Shown: positions 12,101-23,640 of the stretch, in pieces
How positions within the stretch are numbered: position 1 is the first letter of the stretch
How the letters are laid out: the number at the start of each line of letters is the position of its first letter
NCBI GenBank assembly: GCA_965644315.1
Contig: CBFFRQ010000076.1
Coordinates: forward strand, 116,319-180,318
DNA length: 64,000 nucleotides
Direction: 5' to 3'
From: Caecitellus pseudoparvulus
Taxonomy: Eukaryota; Protista; Bigyra: Bicosoecida
Notes under the pieces: model-generated
What the model saw: only the letters and a program-made list of their open reading frames with translations
The model's database searches: none
What the model was told of the DNA's origin: nothing
Position numbers and translations under genes: made by a program

Positions 12101-13233
12101 CTACGCTCGCGCTGCTCTGCTAGCAAGGTGCGCCTCCCAACCGGGGGGAGGGAACCACGAACTGGCGTCTAGGGTTGCGTTGTGCCAGTAGGGGTCGCCT
12201 TCGTCGTCTGAAAACTGCTCCCAGTCCGACAAATTCCCGACGTCTCCCGTGAACGCCTCCTCCTCCTCCGCAGCGGCTTCCCCCCCGCCACCACCGCCAC
12301 CTGCCGCAGGCAGAGCCGCTGCCAGCCCGGACGCCCCTGCTTTGGCTTTCGCCTGTGCTTCTGCCCAGCCAGGGGGCTCCTCCCAACTCGTCTCCTGCGT
12401 TTCACGGTTGAAATAGTACTGCGTGGAGAGGGCGCCAAGGGAGGTGCATGCTCTGCCCAGGGGGGGGGCTCAGCACGATGCACGCCACACACCGTGTCAC
12501 CTTCGTCATCCTGCAAGGGCACCCACGGGTACTCCCCAGGCTTCATGGGTGGTGTCCAGCTGGTTTCCCCCGTTTCACGGTGGTACCAGTACTTTTCGCC
12601 TGTGTCTGTCAGCGCCGTGATCCACTCGCTGTCGTCGGGCGGCGCGACCGGCGCGCCCACAGCAGTGCCAAACACGCTCTTGAAGTGCGCTGTGAACACG
12701 CCCGTTGCCTCTTCTTGCTCATTCCATTTCTGCGCGGGGTGGGGGCGGCGCCAGTCGCACGCTGCGGAGGCGGTGGCGATGCTGCCCTGCACACGCACGT
12801 AAATGGAGGCGAAGTCCCCAACGAAGGTGAACTCCCCAGGGTCACTACTGCTGCGGAAGAAGACGAGCGGGTACAGCACGCCCTTGCCTGCCAGGTCAAA
12901 CAGCCTGCGAAGAGGTGGCGAGAGAGCACGGCAACATGCACCACGTCGCTTGGCGGAGGTGGGCCGGCCCAAGCAGGGCAGTGAGCGCCGCACTGACTTG
13001 GTGCGCAGCTCCTTGTTCGAAGCTGTGGCTCCGTCCACGACGTCGTAGCCGATCCGGTGCGCTGCGGAGCCGGGCGAGGGGGGCTTGCCGGGACTGCGGA
13101 TATTGAACGTGCAGCACAGCACTCGCGCACTTTGCAGCAGCCGGAAGAGGTGGTCCTGCTCCACCTTCTGCTTCGCAATGCCCGTCTGAGCCGTGTACAG
13201 CACCAAGCACTTGAACTTCTGCGTGTCCTCCAT
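12101..13233 (-). CDS. SH3BGR/glutaredoxin-like domain fused to three WW domains
   Basis: Spliced N-terminus VLYTAQTG...LLQSAR|IGYDVVDG...YPLVF...VGDF fits the SH3BGR pattern. WW motifs: W..YWYHRETGETSWTPP, W..YYFNRETQETSWEEP, W..YWHNATLDASSWFPP. Last exon is in a different frame from the ORF track; stop TAG at 12101-12103. Confidence 0.8.
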
Positions 13234-13705
13234 GCTGCTGCCCGCTTGTGGTGCTTGCAGGCGCCGGCTCGCCTTGCACCTGGCAACTCTCGGCCACCCT
13301 CCTCACTCTTCCAACAGCGCAGGGAGTGGGCTGCTGCTCTGCTGTGTACAGTGGTGGCACGCACTGCAGGAGGCGCCTTGCCGAGCGCACAGCCGGTGCG
13401 GGTTGCGCAGCCCCACCTTCGCTGGTTGACGCCTGAAATGCGGCGGCTGCAGGGCTCTTTCGATGTGCGGGAAGGCTGCAGCTGAGCTGGCCCTGCGCAG
13501 CAGCCTGCAGGTGCCCGGCGCCCCCAAAACAACCCAACAAACAAACGCACATGCTGCCCAACGCACTACCGTGCCAGCAACACGACGCCTCCCCTCGCAC
13601 CTGTACTTTGGCTGCGCCCCACGTGGGTGCTGTGCTGCCGCCTGCGCTGGCGTTTCGTGGCGTTTCACCTACACCGCCAGCTACTTGGCCAGTCCCTCCC
13701 ACAGC

Positions 13706-15442
13706 ATGGTACGCTGCTCCACGCCAACGGCGCAGCATCCAAGTGCAGCACAATTCCCCTCCCCTTGACCTCTCGCAGGGCGGGCAAGTCTCCTCTCAGT
13801 CCAAGGGGGGCGCCCAGCCTGCCACTGCGGCCGGAAGCTCAGGCGGCGGACAGGGCCCTCTGCAAGCCACCCCGTGCGCCACGCTGCTTGCTGGGACCCC
13901 ATGAACACCCTCGCCGCACATTTCCCCCTCAACCCCCCCCTGTACAGCTCCTCTGCCCTGCCCTCCACTGCGCCCTCCCCTGACGCCTCCCCTGCCCCTG
14001 CACTGGCCTCAGGCTCACCTGCTGCGCTGGTGCCGACGGTGTTCAAGTGGGAGCACGGCGGCAAGGAGGTGTACCTGGCCGGCACCTTCAACGGCTGGAC
14101 GCACAAGCTGCCCATGCACCGCTCTGGCAACGACTTCACGCACATCCTCGCCCTGCCGCCTGGCCTGCACGCGTACAAGTTCATTGTGGATGGCCAGTGG
14201 CGCCACGCGACTGACCAGCCCAGCCAGTCAGACGGCCACGGCAACACCAACAACATCATCGACCTGACAAAGTTCCAACCAGACGAATTCCTCGTGCGCT
14301 CGCAGTCAGTGCTGCGGAGCTGGGACGCACCCCCCCCCCTGCCGCCCCGGAGGGGGGCTGCGCATGCCACCCGTGCCCACCGCCGCCGCCGCCGCCGCCC
14401 CCACACATCCCTGCAGCCGGATGCCAGCGACGACAGTTGTGGGGGGGACCGGGAGTCAGGCAGCGACGGTGAGGGGGGCGGCTCTGACTCATCGCATGAT
14501 GCAGTGCTGACCCTGGCCGCAGAGCCAGGCAGCCCTCGCCCCTCGCACCGCCGGCGGAGGCAGAACACCGCCGTGGGCCTCGCGGAACACGTTCCCATGT
14601 ATGACCCGGAACACCCCGAGGACTTCTCAGATGACTCCGAGGGGGGCGGCGCCTACGGCACCGTGTACCCAGCCGAAGACTCCTTCGCCAAGGAGCCACC
14701 CGCCCTGCCACCCCACCTGCGCCCAGTGGCGCTGAACACGGACTATATCCCCACACTCACAGGGGACAAGCTGCTGCCCATTCCCTCCCACGTCGCCCTG
14801 GGACACCTGTACTGCACTGCTAGCCGCGGCCGCCTCGTGGCCCAAAGCGTCGCCACTCGCTACAAGCGCAAGTTCACCACCACCGTGTTCCTGTCCCCAG
14901 CTCCCTTCCGCACTGCCCTGGTCACTGCAGCAGCAGCAGGCGACGCGGGCGCCGCCAGCAGCCTGGCCGCCACGGCGTCCGCCCCCTTCGCCGCCCTGGT
15001 GCCCTCCGCCGCGCGACCCCCCCCCTCTGCTGGGGCGCAGGGGGGGGAAGGTGGCGGATTGGCAGGGAGGGGGGGTGTGGAGCACCCCGTCGCCCCCGCC
15101 GCCGCCGCCACTGCCACAGAGGTGGTGGTGCAAACCACATCCGGCCCTCTCACCGTCACCCTCACCCCCGCCCACCAAGCCACCATCGCCCAGCACCAGG
15201 CCACGGCATACAGCCGCCTGACGGAGCACAACGAGGCGCTGGCGGCAGAGGTCGCGGCAGGTCGCATGACCCAGGCCGACGCCGAGCAGCGCGCAGCAGC
15301 GGCCCGCGCCCAGGCCTCGGAGTGGCTGTCCCAGGCGCAGAACCAGGTGCTGCAGGCGGCGGTGGTGCAGCAGTTCAACCAGCAGCAGCAAGCACAGGCA
15401 CAGGCACAGCAGGGTGGTGGGGCTGTGCCGCCGCCTGGGTGA
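13706..15442 (+). CDS. PRKAB: AMPK/SNF1 beta subunit with C-terminal extension
   Basis: CBM48 glycogen-binding domain (VPTVFKWEHGGKEVYLAGTFNGW...YKFIVDGQW...GNTNN) and ASC domain (PPALPPHL...HVALGHLY...RYKRKFTTTV). ATG 13706-13708, intron 13709..13778 gives MGGQVSS; further introns about 13874..13947 and 14294..14416. Confidence 0.92.
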
Positions 15443-15453
15443 CGCCACACCCC

Positions 15454-16365
15454 TCATGGGCCCATTTTGAGAATGCACCGCTTGAACCACTCCCCCCGCC
15501 CAATGGCCTCCATGACGGCCGCGAACGTGCCCAGTGCGTCTGGCTGCAGCATGTCCACACCCGTGCCACTCCATGTGCCCGCCCCGCGCTGCAGCAGACA
15601 CCCCTCCTCCAGACTGGGCACCTCCCCCCACTCCTCGCCTCGAAGGGCCATGGCCTTCCAGCGCAGACTGCGGAGGGCGGCGACGTACTCGTGCAGGGCG
15701 CCCTGCTCACCCTCTGCGTACAGCACGCCGGGACCGCCAGGCTTGCACAGGCCCCGCAAGCCCGCCGCTGCTGCCCAGTCCGTGATGCTGGCCTTCTTGC
15801 TGGGGCTGCGGATGTGGTGAAACCACACCAGCACCCGGCCCACAGTCACCCCCGCACCCTTTCCTGCGTGGGAAGCTGGTGCTGGCGGGGCATCAGCCTG
15901 TGCAGCTTCCGCCTCTGCTGCCGCCTCGAAGGCTCCCGTGACCACCTGCACAGCCTCCATCAGCTGCTCCTCGCCTGGGCCAGGCAACTCGGCAGCTTGC
16001 AACGCGCCACGGATGGAACTGGTGTGTGCACGGCTGAGGGAACAAGAGGCAACTGTCACTTTCGCAGCTTCGTCGGGGTACTGGGGCGGGAGTGTCATGT
16101 GCAGGCACACAGTCGGCACGGCTGTGCCGGCAGGCACGTCTGCGGAATTTGCTGCTGCTAGCTCCAAGGCCACACTCAGTGCTACGTCCTGCGTTGCACC
16201 CAGACCAGCGGCGTCCCCCGCCTCCACAGCAGCACGCAGCTTCTTCACACTTTCTTCGGCTGTCAGCACCTCAAACCTCACCGCATCACAGTACATGCAT
16301 TGCAGGGCGTCGATTTCATCCAGCTGGCGCTGCCGCGTCAGAAGGCTCGGCCCGCCCGCCGCCAT
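15454..16365 (-). CDS. RWDD2: RWD domain protein, RWDD2-like (RWD + DUF1115)
   Basis: QLDEIDALQCMY, LPPQYP, RVLVWFHHIRSPSKK, GLCKPGGPGVLYAEG, LRSLRWK. Confidence 0.85.
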   Translation of the reverse strand: MAAGGPSLLTRQRQLDEIDALQCMYCDAVRFEVLTAEESVKKLRAAVEAGDAAGLGATQDVALSVALELAAANSADVPAGTAVPTVCLHMTLPPQYPDEAAKVTVASCSLSRAHTSSIRGALQAAELPGPGEEQLMEAVQVVTGAFEAAAEAEAAQADAPPAPASHAGKGAGVTVGRVLVWFHHIRSPSKKASITDWAAAAGLRGLCKPGGPGVLYAEGEQGALHEYVAALRSLRWKAMALRGEEWGEVPSLEEGCLLQRGAGTWSGTGVDMLQPDALGTFAAVMEAIGRGEWFKRCILKMGP

Positions 16366-16559
16366 GCCCAGCAGCACACCGCGGCCAGACGCAGCCTGGC
16401 CCACAGCCTTCGATAGGCATGCAGCTGGTTCAGCTTGTGGGCTGAGTGAGGTCTCGTGACGAGTTTTGCAGCTGCCATGTCTGTGCGGCGCTCGCTGACT
16501 GGCCAGGGCCTGGGCGGCACACTTGCCAAGCTGCAAGCCCAGGCAGCGCGCAAACTCGG

Positions 16560-18732
16560 TTACCCGCTGGCTGGAATGCCCAGTGCTGCGCACAGAGTGG
16601 GGATGTCACAGGCATGGGTGGCAGGCACGAGGTCGAAGCGCTCCATGCAGGTGAGTGCGATGCGCACGTGGGGCCACACGTGCACGGCGGCGGGGTTCAG
16701 CTTCAACGCCGTCAGGTGGGCCTTCGCAGCCGCTTCGTACTGTTGCAGCTTGAAGCAAGCGATGCCTTTGTTCAGCCAGCAGCGTGCGAAGCCGGGGTTC
16801 AGCTTCAGAGCGGCGTCGTACTTTTGCAGCGCAGCTGCGTGGTCGCCGGCGTTCGAGAGACACGCGCCCCAGCGGCTGAGGGTGGTGTAGTTCGTGGGGT
16901 CTGCTGCGCTGGCGTGTCCGAAGGCGTCGGCAGCCTCCTGGAAATTCCGCGCCACGCTGTACATGACTCCCATCACAATCTGAATGCCGTCGTCGTCTGG
17001 AACGAGCTGCGAAGCAGCCACAAGTTTCTGCGCAGGTAAAGCCAAAAGCGGGGGAGCAGTGAACGGTGTGGAGCATTCACGGGGCGTGTGGCCAGGCCTG
17101 CTCAGTGTTTGAGCCGACGCGCGCGACGGCTCCACTCACCTTCATCACTTCCCGCTGAAACGCCACGTCCACTTGCTGATCGCTGGCAAGCCCCGCAGGC
17201 GAGGGAGTGGGTGGAGACAAGCCTTCCAAGGTCACATCCTGGGCTAAGCTGGCCAAATCCGTGCCGGCAAACTGCATGCTGTGGTCCAGCCACGCGTGCA
17301 GCACGTGCAACGCATCGTTTCGCCGCCGCTCGTTCATCAGCGACACTCCCAGGGACAGCAGCGCTGCTGTGTTGTACGGGTCGGCTGACACGGCGCGTTT
17401 GAAGCAGACAATGGCCGCAGGGTCATTCTCCCCCTGCGCGTGTGCCGTGCCCAGGCGGTGCCACGCTTCGGAGTCGGTGGCGTCGCGAGCAACTGCCGCC
17501 TCAAATGCCGCAACTGCGTCGTGCACACGGCCCACCTGCAGGGCCCGCTCGCCAGCCTGCATGGCGGACTCCGCGTCAAGCGCTGCAAAGGCACTGGTTG
17601 TGCCATGCTGAAAGGTGTAGGACAGCTCTCCCTCTGTGTGGGAGGGCAGCACCGCCTCCAAGCCACTGGCGCTGCTGGCTGGTGGGCCTGCTCTGCTCCC
17701 GGCAGCCGCCTCCTGCTCCTCATCCACCGGCAGCTCGCCTGCCTCCGCCGCCGCAGCACCAGCCCAGGCTTCCATCAGTCGGTCCCTGGCAGCTGTGGAG
17801 AGGTTGGCGAAGTCGTCGTGCACTGGCACGTCAGGCGCCGCGCCCCCTTCCGCCTCTGCCACGGCGGCCGCATGTGCAGCCTGAGCGCCCTGCAGCGCAG
17901 CCACCTGGGAGGTAATCTGGCCCATGAGGGCCTCGGCAGCAGCAGGGTCCTTCGTGGCCAGGGCTTCCCGCCACAGAGCAGACAGCTTCGCGTCAGCCGC
18001 CGCCACGGCCGCAGAAGCGTCCGCTGACAGGCCACTCGTCGCCCCACCCTCAAGCTCAGGCAGCGAGACAGAGCCCTGGGCCACGCCCTGCATGAACCCC
18101 AGCAACTCACTGTGGGCCATGGCCGGGTCCCCCGCCAGCGCTGAGGCCAGTCGAGCCGCCTGCCGCTGTGCCTCGGTCAACTCAGCAGGCGGCTGGGAAG
18201 GTACAGTCTGAGCGGCCACTGGGGCGGAGGGAACGGGGCTCGCCTGGACAGGCGCCTGTGCGCCGAACACTGCCTGTCCTGGCGGCGGCATGACCGCCTG
18301 CACAGCGTGGGGGAAGCCATGCATCGGCGGCAGGGCGTGAGCGTGACTGCGCTGCCCAGCGCCAAGCCCCTGCCATACGTGGGCCAGCTCTGGGGCGCTG
18401 GCCGCAGGAGAGGACGCGGCGTGAGCTGGCAAAGATGGCGCTGCATGTCCATGAGCTGCGGCGTGGCGGCCTGTGCAGGGTGCAGCGCGAGCCAAGAGTG
18501 ACGTGGGGAAGGAAAGCGGCGCCTGGCGCAGAGAGCCAATTTCCGCACTTGAGAACGCCCCCAGCTCATCAGCCGAGCCTGTGAACACTTGCCCCTGCCC
18601 CGTGGGAGGAGCTTGCCCCAGTGCAAGGCCGTGGCGGGCCGTCACATGGTCCACCAGTCGCCCGACGGGGTTGCTGGCCCCGGCAGGCCCACAGGCCTCC
18701 GGCGACACGAGCTTGCGCACAGTTTCGTCCAT
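16560..18732 (-). CDS. PEX5: Peroxisomal targeting signal 1 receptor
   Basis: N-terminal conserved Cys (EACGPAGASNPV), SELLGFMQGVAQGSVSL motif, TPR array (EAWHRLGTAHAQGEND, LLSLGVSLMNE, WGACLSN, PGFARCWLNKGI). Intron 17139..17028. Confidence 0.92.
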
Positions 18733-19297
18733 GGCAGCTGCTCAAGTCAACGCAGGCTGCCCGCACTTGCATGCTCTCGAGCTGCAGTTTCTCACGTAGA
18801 GCTGTGGTCAATTTTTTTGTCCCTTGACCTCGCATTGTGCTGCGTCCGCTGCTGCTGCAGTGGGGACAACACCAGGCCCGATGCAGGACCCGCCTCGTCC
18901 CCCCAGACGCCCATACAGCGCACGACACATGCCCAGGGCACCGACCTGGGGCCTGATCAATTTGGGGGCATTCTTGAAGCCCCAGGGCTCCCGGCAGCTT
19001 CGTGCACCAGGCCATGTTGGCGTGTCACGCCAGGCTTGGAAGCAGCATCAAGCGCGCAGCGCTGCACCAATGTTGCATGTTGCTGGACTACGCGGGCGCA
19101 ACCCTCTACAATGCAGCTCTTGGCAGCCCTGGGCAGCTGGGCTGTGCGGCACTGCGGCGAGGCGTTGCCTGCAGCGGCAGGAGCAACTTCCCGCCTGCGA
19201 ACACAATCCACAGTCGCCCAACTAACACCCACGAGCGCCATGCCTGGAAACTCCACACCGAAGCGGTGCAAGGCTCACACTCAACACATTCTCAGCA

Positions 19298-19867
19298 ATG
19301 GCGGAAGCAGGCAGCCCTTCGGTGCGTGTGCGGCGCGCAAGGAGTCACCGTGCAACCACCCATTTCACAACAGCTTGGCCGCCGCGAACGACCCTTCCGC
19401 CTCGCCCACACACTCCGCCATGAACACCTCGTGCTGGACGCCGCACGCATCACAGGGCCTGAACGAAGTCAAGAAAGCCAAGCTCGTGGAGCTGTTCAAC
19501 AAGCTGGACACCAACGGCGACGGCGAGCTGGTGAGGCGTGTGGCTGCGGCAGCGAGCCTTCCTTCAGACGAAGCTGGCCGGCCAGCTGGCACAATCCGCC
19601 GCGCGACGGCCCCCCCACACGCTGGCCGCCCCTGCACAGGACTTGGAGGAGTTCAAGGGGCTGGGACTCGCCATCACGGGCAGGGAGCCCACTGACGAGG
19701 AGGTTCGCTCCCAGCTGAGCCGGGCAGACGTGGACGGAAACGAGTCTCTGGACTTGGCTGAGTGGCTGGCGTTTGGGACAGTGCTCGCAGGCATGCCCGA
19801 CGCCGACTTCATCGCCATGATTGACGGGTACATTGCCAAGCTGGGTGGTGTCGCCGCCTCCAGCTGA
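19298..19867 (+). CDS. Small EF-hand Ca2+-binding protein (2 EF-hands)
   Basis: LFNKLDTNGDGEL|DLEEF and ADVDGNESLDLAEW. Introns about 19322..19455 and 19531..19639; start inferred. Confidence 0.8.
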
Positions 19868-20312
19868 CCAGCAGCTGCTGCCGTGCCTCACGCGGGCACG
19901 TGCCAGCGTTTCGCCTGCGTTCGTCCTTCTGCACTCCTCCAGACGAACTGCGTAGCGCTTGCACAGTGCAGCACAGGTGCCACTCCACATGAAGCACGGG
20001 AAGGGGTACCTTTGCAGTGTCCACTTGGCAGCGGCTCTGTCTCACCCCAGCCCGCCTTCTCTGCTGACTGGGGCAGGCGCACGCACTGCTTGGCGGCCCA
20101 AGTCGCTGTGCGAGGGTGGCCGCTGCGCCTCGCTGGGCGTGTTGCGCCACCCTGCCTGTCAGGCCTTTCACACATTTTCCAGCTGGGGCTGGTCCACGTG
20201 CTCTGAATTCAGCAGCTTGCGATGTCCCCATCTGCGCAACGCTCCGCAGCGCACCTGCAGAGCACGCATGCTCGGATGCGGAGCACTTGTTTCAGCGCTC
20301 CGCTTGCAAGTC

Positions 20313-21413
20313 ATGTGTGCAGCGGCCCAGCAGCCCCCCGCTGCCAAGCGCCAGAGGGTGTGGACCGTGCATGACTCTGACAGTGAGGAAGAAGTGAAGG
20401 GGGCGGCGCCGGAAGTAGCGAGCTCTCGGCATCCCCCCGTGCACCACTTCTTCAGAAAGCAAAGCGAGAAGCGGAAATTGAAGCTGCTCCTCGTCCGGCA
20501 CTCCCACACTCAAGGTTACGACCGCCTGAACACCCCGCTCTCGCAGCATGGCGTCGCTCTCACCGGCTCTCTGGCTGCACACCTCTCTGCCATGGACTTC
20601 CAAGCCGTCATCACCTCCCCCCTCCTCCGGGCACTGCAGACGACTTGTCTGGCGCTGGGAGGTGGCGGTGCCACGCAAGGGTCCAGTGCCACCCCGCGAA
20701 CTTTCTCGGCAGAGGTGTCCGCTTCATGGACTGCCTTCGCACAGCAGCACCTGCCACATCTCACCAAGTCTGCGCCAAGCAGCCAGACAGGCACGGCAGG
20801 TGCAACTGCCGCCTCATCCTCCGCATGCATCCCAGTCTTCGTCAGCCCCCTCGTCCGGGAACGCACGTGCTGCATGGGTGATGTTGGTGAGGACGGCAAC
20901 CGCCTCGCTGAGCGCCTGAAGGCTGCCCTTGCCCGGCCCCATCGCACTGAAGGTCAGATGGGTCCCTCAGGGCCTGGGCAGGGGCCCCACACGGACTTGT
21001 TGCCAGACCCGCACCCGGCAACCTGGAGCCCTCCCGAGCTTGTGGAGCAGCTACACAACCTGCCACCTGACTGGTGGGTGCCTTCTCAGCAGCATAGGAG
21101 TGCATTGGGGCAGTCCTACACGGGCCCTGGCCGTGAGACGCGGCCAGGGCTACTGAAACGCGTGGGAGCTTTCCGGCGCAGCCTCGCGCTGCTGCCGCCA
21201 CACGTCACAACTGTGGTTGTTGTGGCGCACAACCACTTCCTCAAGGCCCTCGCCAACACTCGCAAGGGCTGGAATTTCTGCGAAGTGCGGCCCGTCACTG
21301 TTGCCGTGCTGCCCCCCACCGCTGCGGTGCGTGCGAGCGAAGCCCCGCCGGACACCGCCGCCTCAGCCCCAGCAGCACCTACGCACGGAGTGCAAACGGC
21401 TCCTCCTGCTTGA
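20313..21413 (+). CDS. Histidine phosphatase (phosphoglycerate mutase-like) family protein
   Basis: LLLVRHS, PLSQHG, SPLLRALQT, PLVRER, RETR...KRV, VVVVAHNHFL. Start uncertain (ORF is open from 19959). Confidence 0.8.
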   Translation: MCAAAQQPPAAKRQRVWTVHDSDSEEEVKGAAPEVASSRHPPVHHFFRKQSEKRKLKLLLVRHSHTQGYDRLNTPLSQHGVALTGSLAAHLSAMDFQAVITSPLLRALQTTCLALGGGGATQGSSATPRTFSAEVSASWTAFAQQHLPHLTKSAPSSQTGTAGATAASSSACIPVFVSPLVRERTCCMGDVGEDGNRLAERLKAALARPHRTEGQMGPSGPGQGPHTDLLPDPHPATWSPPELVEQLHNLPPDWWVPSQQHRSALGQSYTGPGRETRPGLLKRVGAFRRSLALLPPHVTTVVVVAHNHFLKALANTRKGWNFCEVRPVTVAVLPPTAAVRASEAPPDTAASAPAAPTHGVQTAPPA

Positions 21414-23317
21414 GCACGGTGTGGAAGGCTTTGTAGTCAATGATGGCAGCACTGCCGTCTTCTGCAGGCTGCACACACGGCGCCCAGACGCCGTTCCAGA
21501 CTATGTCGCTGGCGCGGTAGCTGTGCCTCGCTTGGCACGTGTCGCTGGTAATTTCGTCAATGCCCTCCACCAGAGCCACGATCTCTGTGCTGGATTCACG
21601 CCAGCTACGCATGACAGTCTGTCGGACTGCTTGCGTGATGACCCATCTCTGGTATGGGTTCAACTCACTGGGTGGGGACGGCGGTTGCTGTGCATCTGCC
21701 GCTGCCTCCCCGCCTGCAGGTGGGAGTGCGACACTGCCTGGGACTGGCGGGGGGGGCGCAGCATCAGGCAGCGCTCGGCCATCAGTTTGACGCCACTGCA
21801 CTGCAGTGGGGGGGCGCCCTGTCCCAGTTTTCCCAACACCCTTTCCCCGCATGGCTGTCCAGCACCCCAGCATGGCGGCGGTCGGGGACAGCGGCGAAAA
21901 CAGCATGTGGCCATCCATGTCGTCGTCCACCACTACACTGCCGTGCACTTCAACATACGGAAAAGGCACCTCCTCTGTCGTGTACGGCTTGGCGTCCACT
22001 CGGAAGGCGAGAGGGTGGGGCAGAGGCGGCGGCACTGTGCCGCCACTCGGCAGCGTGAAGGCCACTGCGAAGCGGTGAGCGGCCTCCTGCGGAAACAGTG
22101 GCAGGCTCATGGCACTGAACTCGTCAGTGGGACGGCACAATCGCATGGGCAGCGAATTGAAGTACATGACGCTCGTCGGTGCTGCGTGCGAACCTGCCTC
22201 CTGCACCCCTGGCATTGCGTCGCAAGTGATGGCGGCGCTGATCGGGGCGAGCGCGACGGGTTCCCGGCGCCGCAGGGCAACTTGAGGGCCGTGCCCCGTG
22301 TCTGGCAGCACCACCTCCACTGCCTCCAGTGGCTCCTCGCCTTCAAGCAGCCGAGTGAGGGTGAGGAGCCTCCGTTTGGCGGCCAGCATGCCAGCCTGCG
22401 TCACGCCGACCGGTGGCGCCACCTCGTGCCGCACGGCAAACGTGCGCACGTGAGCTTCGGTGAGCTGGTGGGACCTGGACTCCACAAAGCGGAAGAGGAA
22501 GGCAAAGTGCGCGACGCCTGCGTCTGGGTCGATGCCCAGCGGCTTCAGCACCGCCTTGTCGCAGAAAATGATGGTGTCGCCCCGCACCCGGGCGGCAGAC
22601 AGGCGGTCGTACATGAAGCCAATGGCCACTGCATCAAGGACAGTGCCGATCACCGACTGGACGGCGATGAGCATCACCAGTGAAGTGCACTCCGGCTGCA
22701 GGAACTGGCTGCCGTACCCAATCGTCATCTGCAACAGCCGACGCAGCCGACGCTCGTGTGCAGTGTTGGCTAGCCCATGCATCCAACGTGGCACGCACCA
22801 TTGTGATGACGGAGAAGTAGAATGCATCCAAGAATGTCTCAAAGCCAGTATCGCACCTGTTTGGTGCATAAGCGTAGTAGAGCGGGGCGAACAGCAGCTG
22901 CACGTGGTTGGAGCAGGGGGACACGAAGTGCTGCGCCAGGCTAGCAAGGGAGTGTACCGGGCCGCTCGCAACGCACGAATCCAGCAAAGTACATGCCAAT
23001 GACCATGAAAAACAGATACCATCCTGGAAGGTTCACAATCGTGTGAAAGAAGTCCGTGCAGAACAGGTGGGTTTGTCTGCAGTGGCGCCACTCTGAGTGA
23101 AGGTGCTGGGCCCGATTTCCGCAGGGTTCGCTCCTTACCGCTCGCGACGGCGCACTTGAAAGGTGCCCTCACTCTGCCTGCCGAGCAGCTCGCGTTTCAA
23201 CAAGCGTGGAGTGGAGTATGATCGGGCGACATGGGCTGGGTGGCCACCGTCCCCTCCTGCCCTTGCCCCGGGCATCAGCGGTGCTTGGATTGAGCCACTC
23301 GGTCCAGGCAAGGCCAT
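21379..23317 (-). CDS. Inward-rectifier potassium channel (Kir/IRK)
   Basis: Spliced: DFFHTIVNL slide helix, AFYFSVITM|MTIGYG filter, TM2 VQSVIGTVLDAVAIG, IIFCDKAV, EIVALVEGIDEITSDTCQARHSY, IDYKAFH. Three introns in the 5' part. Confidence 0.92.
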
Positions 23318-23640
23318 GTGGCCAGACACTGCAGCCTGAGTGCCAAAACAAGTGATGCCATTACAACCAATCCAAGTCCATATGTATGGCCGTGAGTAGA
23401 GATTTGTGTCCTGTCTGCTCCCGTTGCATTACTTCGCGATGCAGCGGCGTGAGCCGGCATGAAACGTGTGGAAGGAATGAAACGTCGGGCGCCTTCGCTG
23501 TCCCTTCCAGCCCGGCGGGCAAGCTATGGCGTGCTTGATGAGAATGAGCGTGCAAAAATTTCACTCAGGCACTTGCGGCCACGAGGTCCCGGCCTCTGAC
23601 GCACAAACAGAAGGTGCATTCGGTGGAGTACAACGCAGGA

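Noticed and set aside
18589-19297. Long N-terminal part of ORF 18589..19695
   Set aside because: Overlaps the PEX5 start and divergent promoter; only the EF-hand exons look coding.
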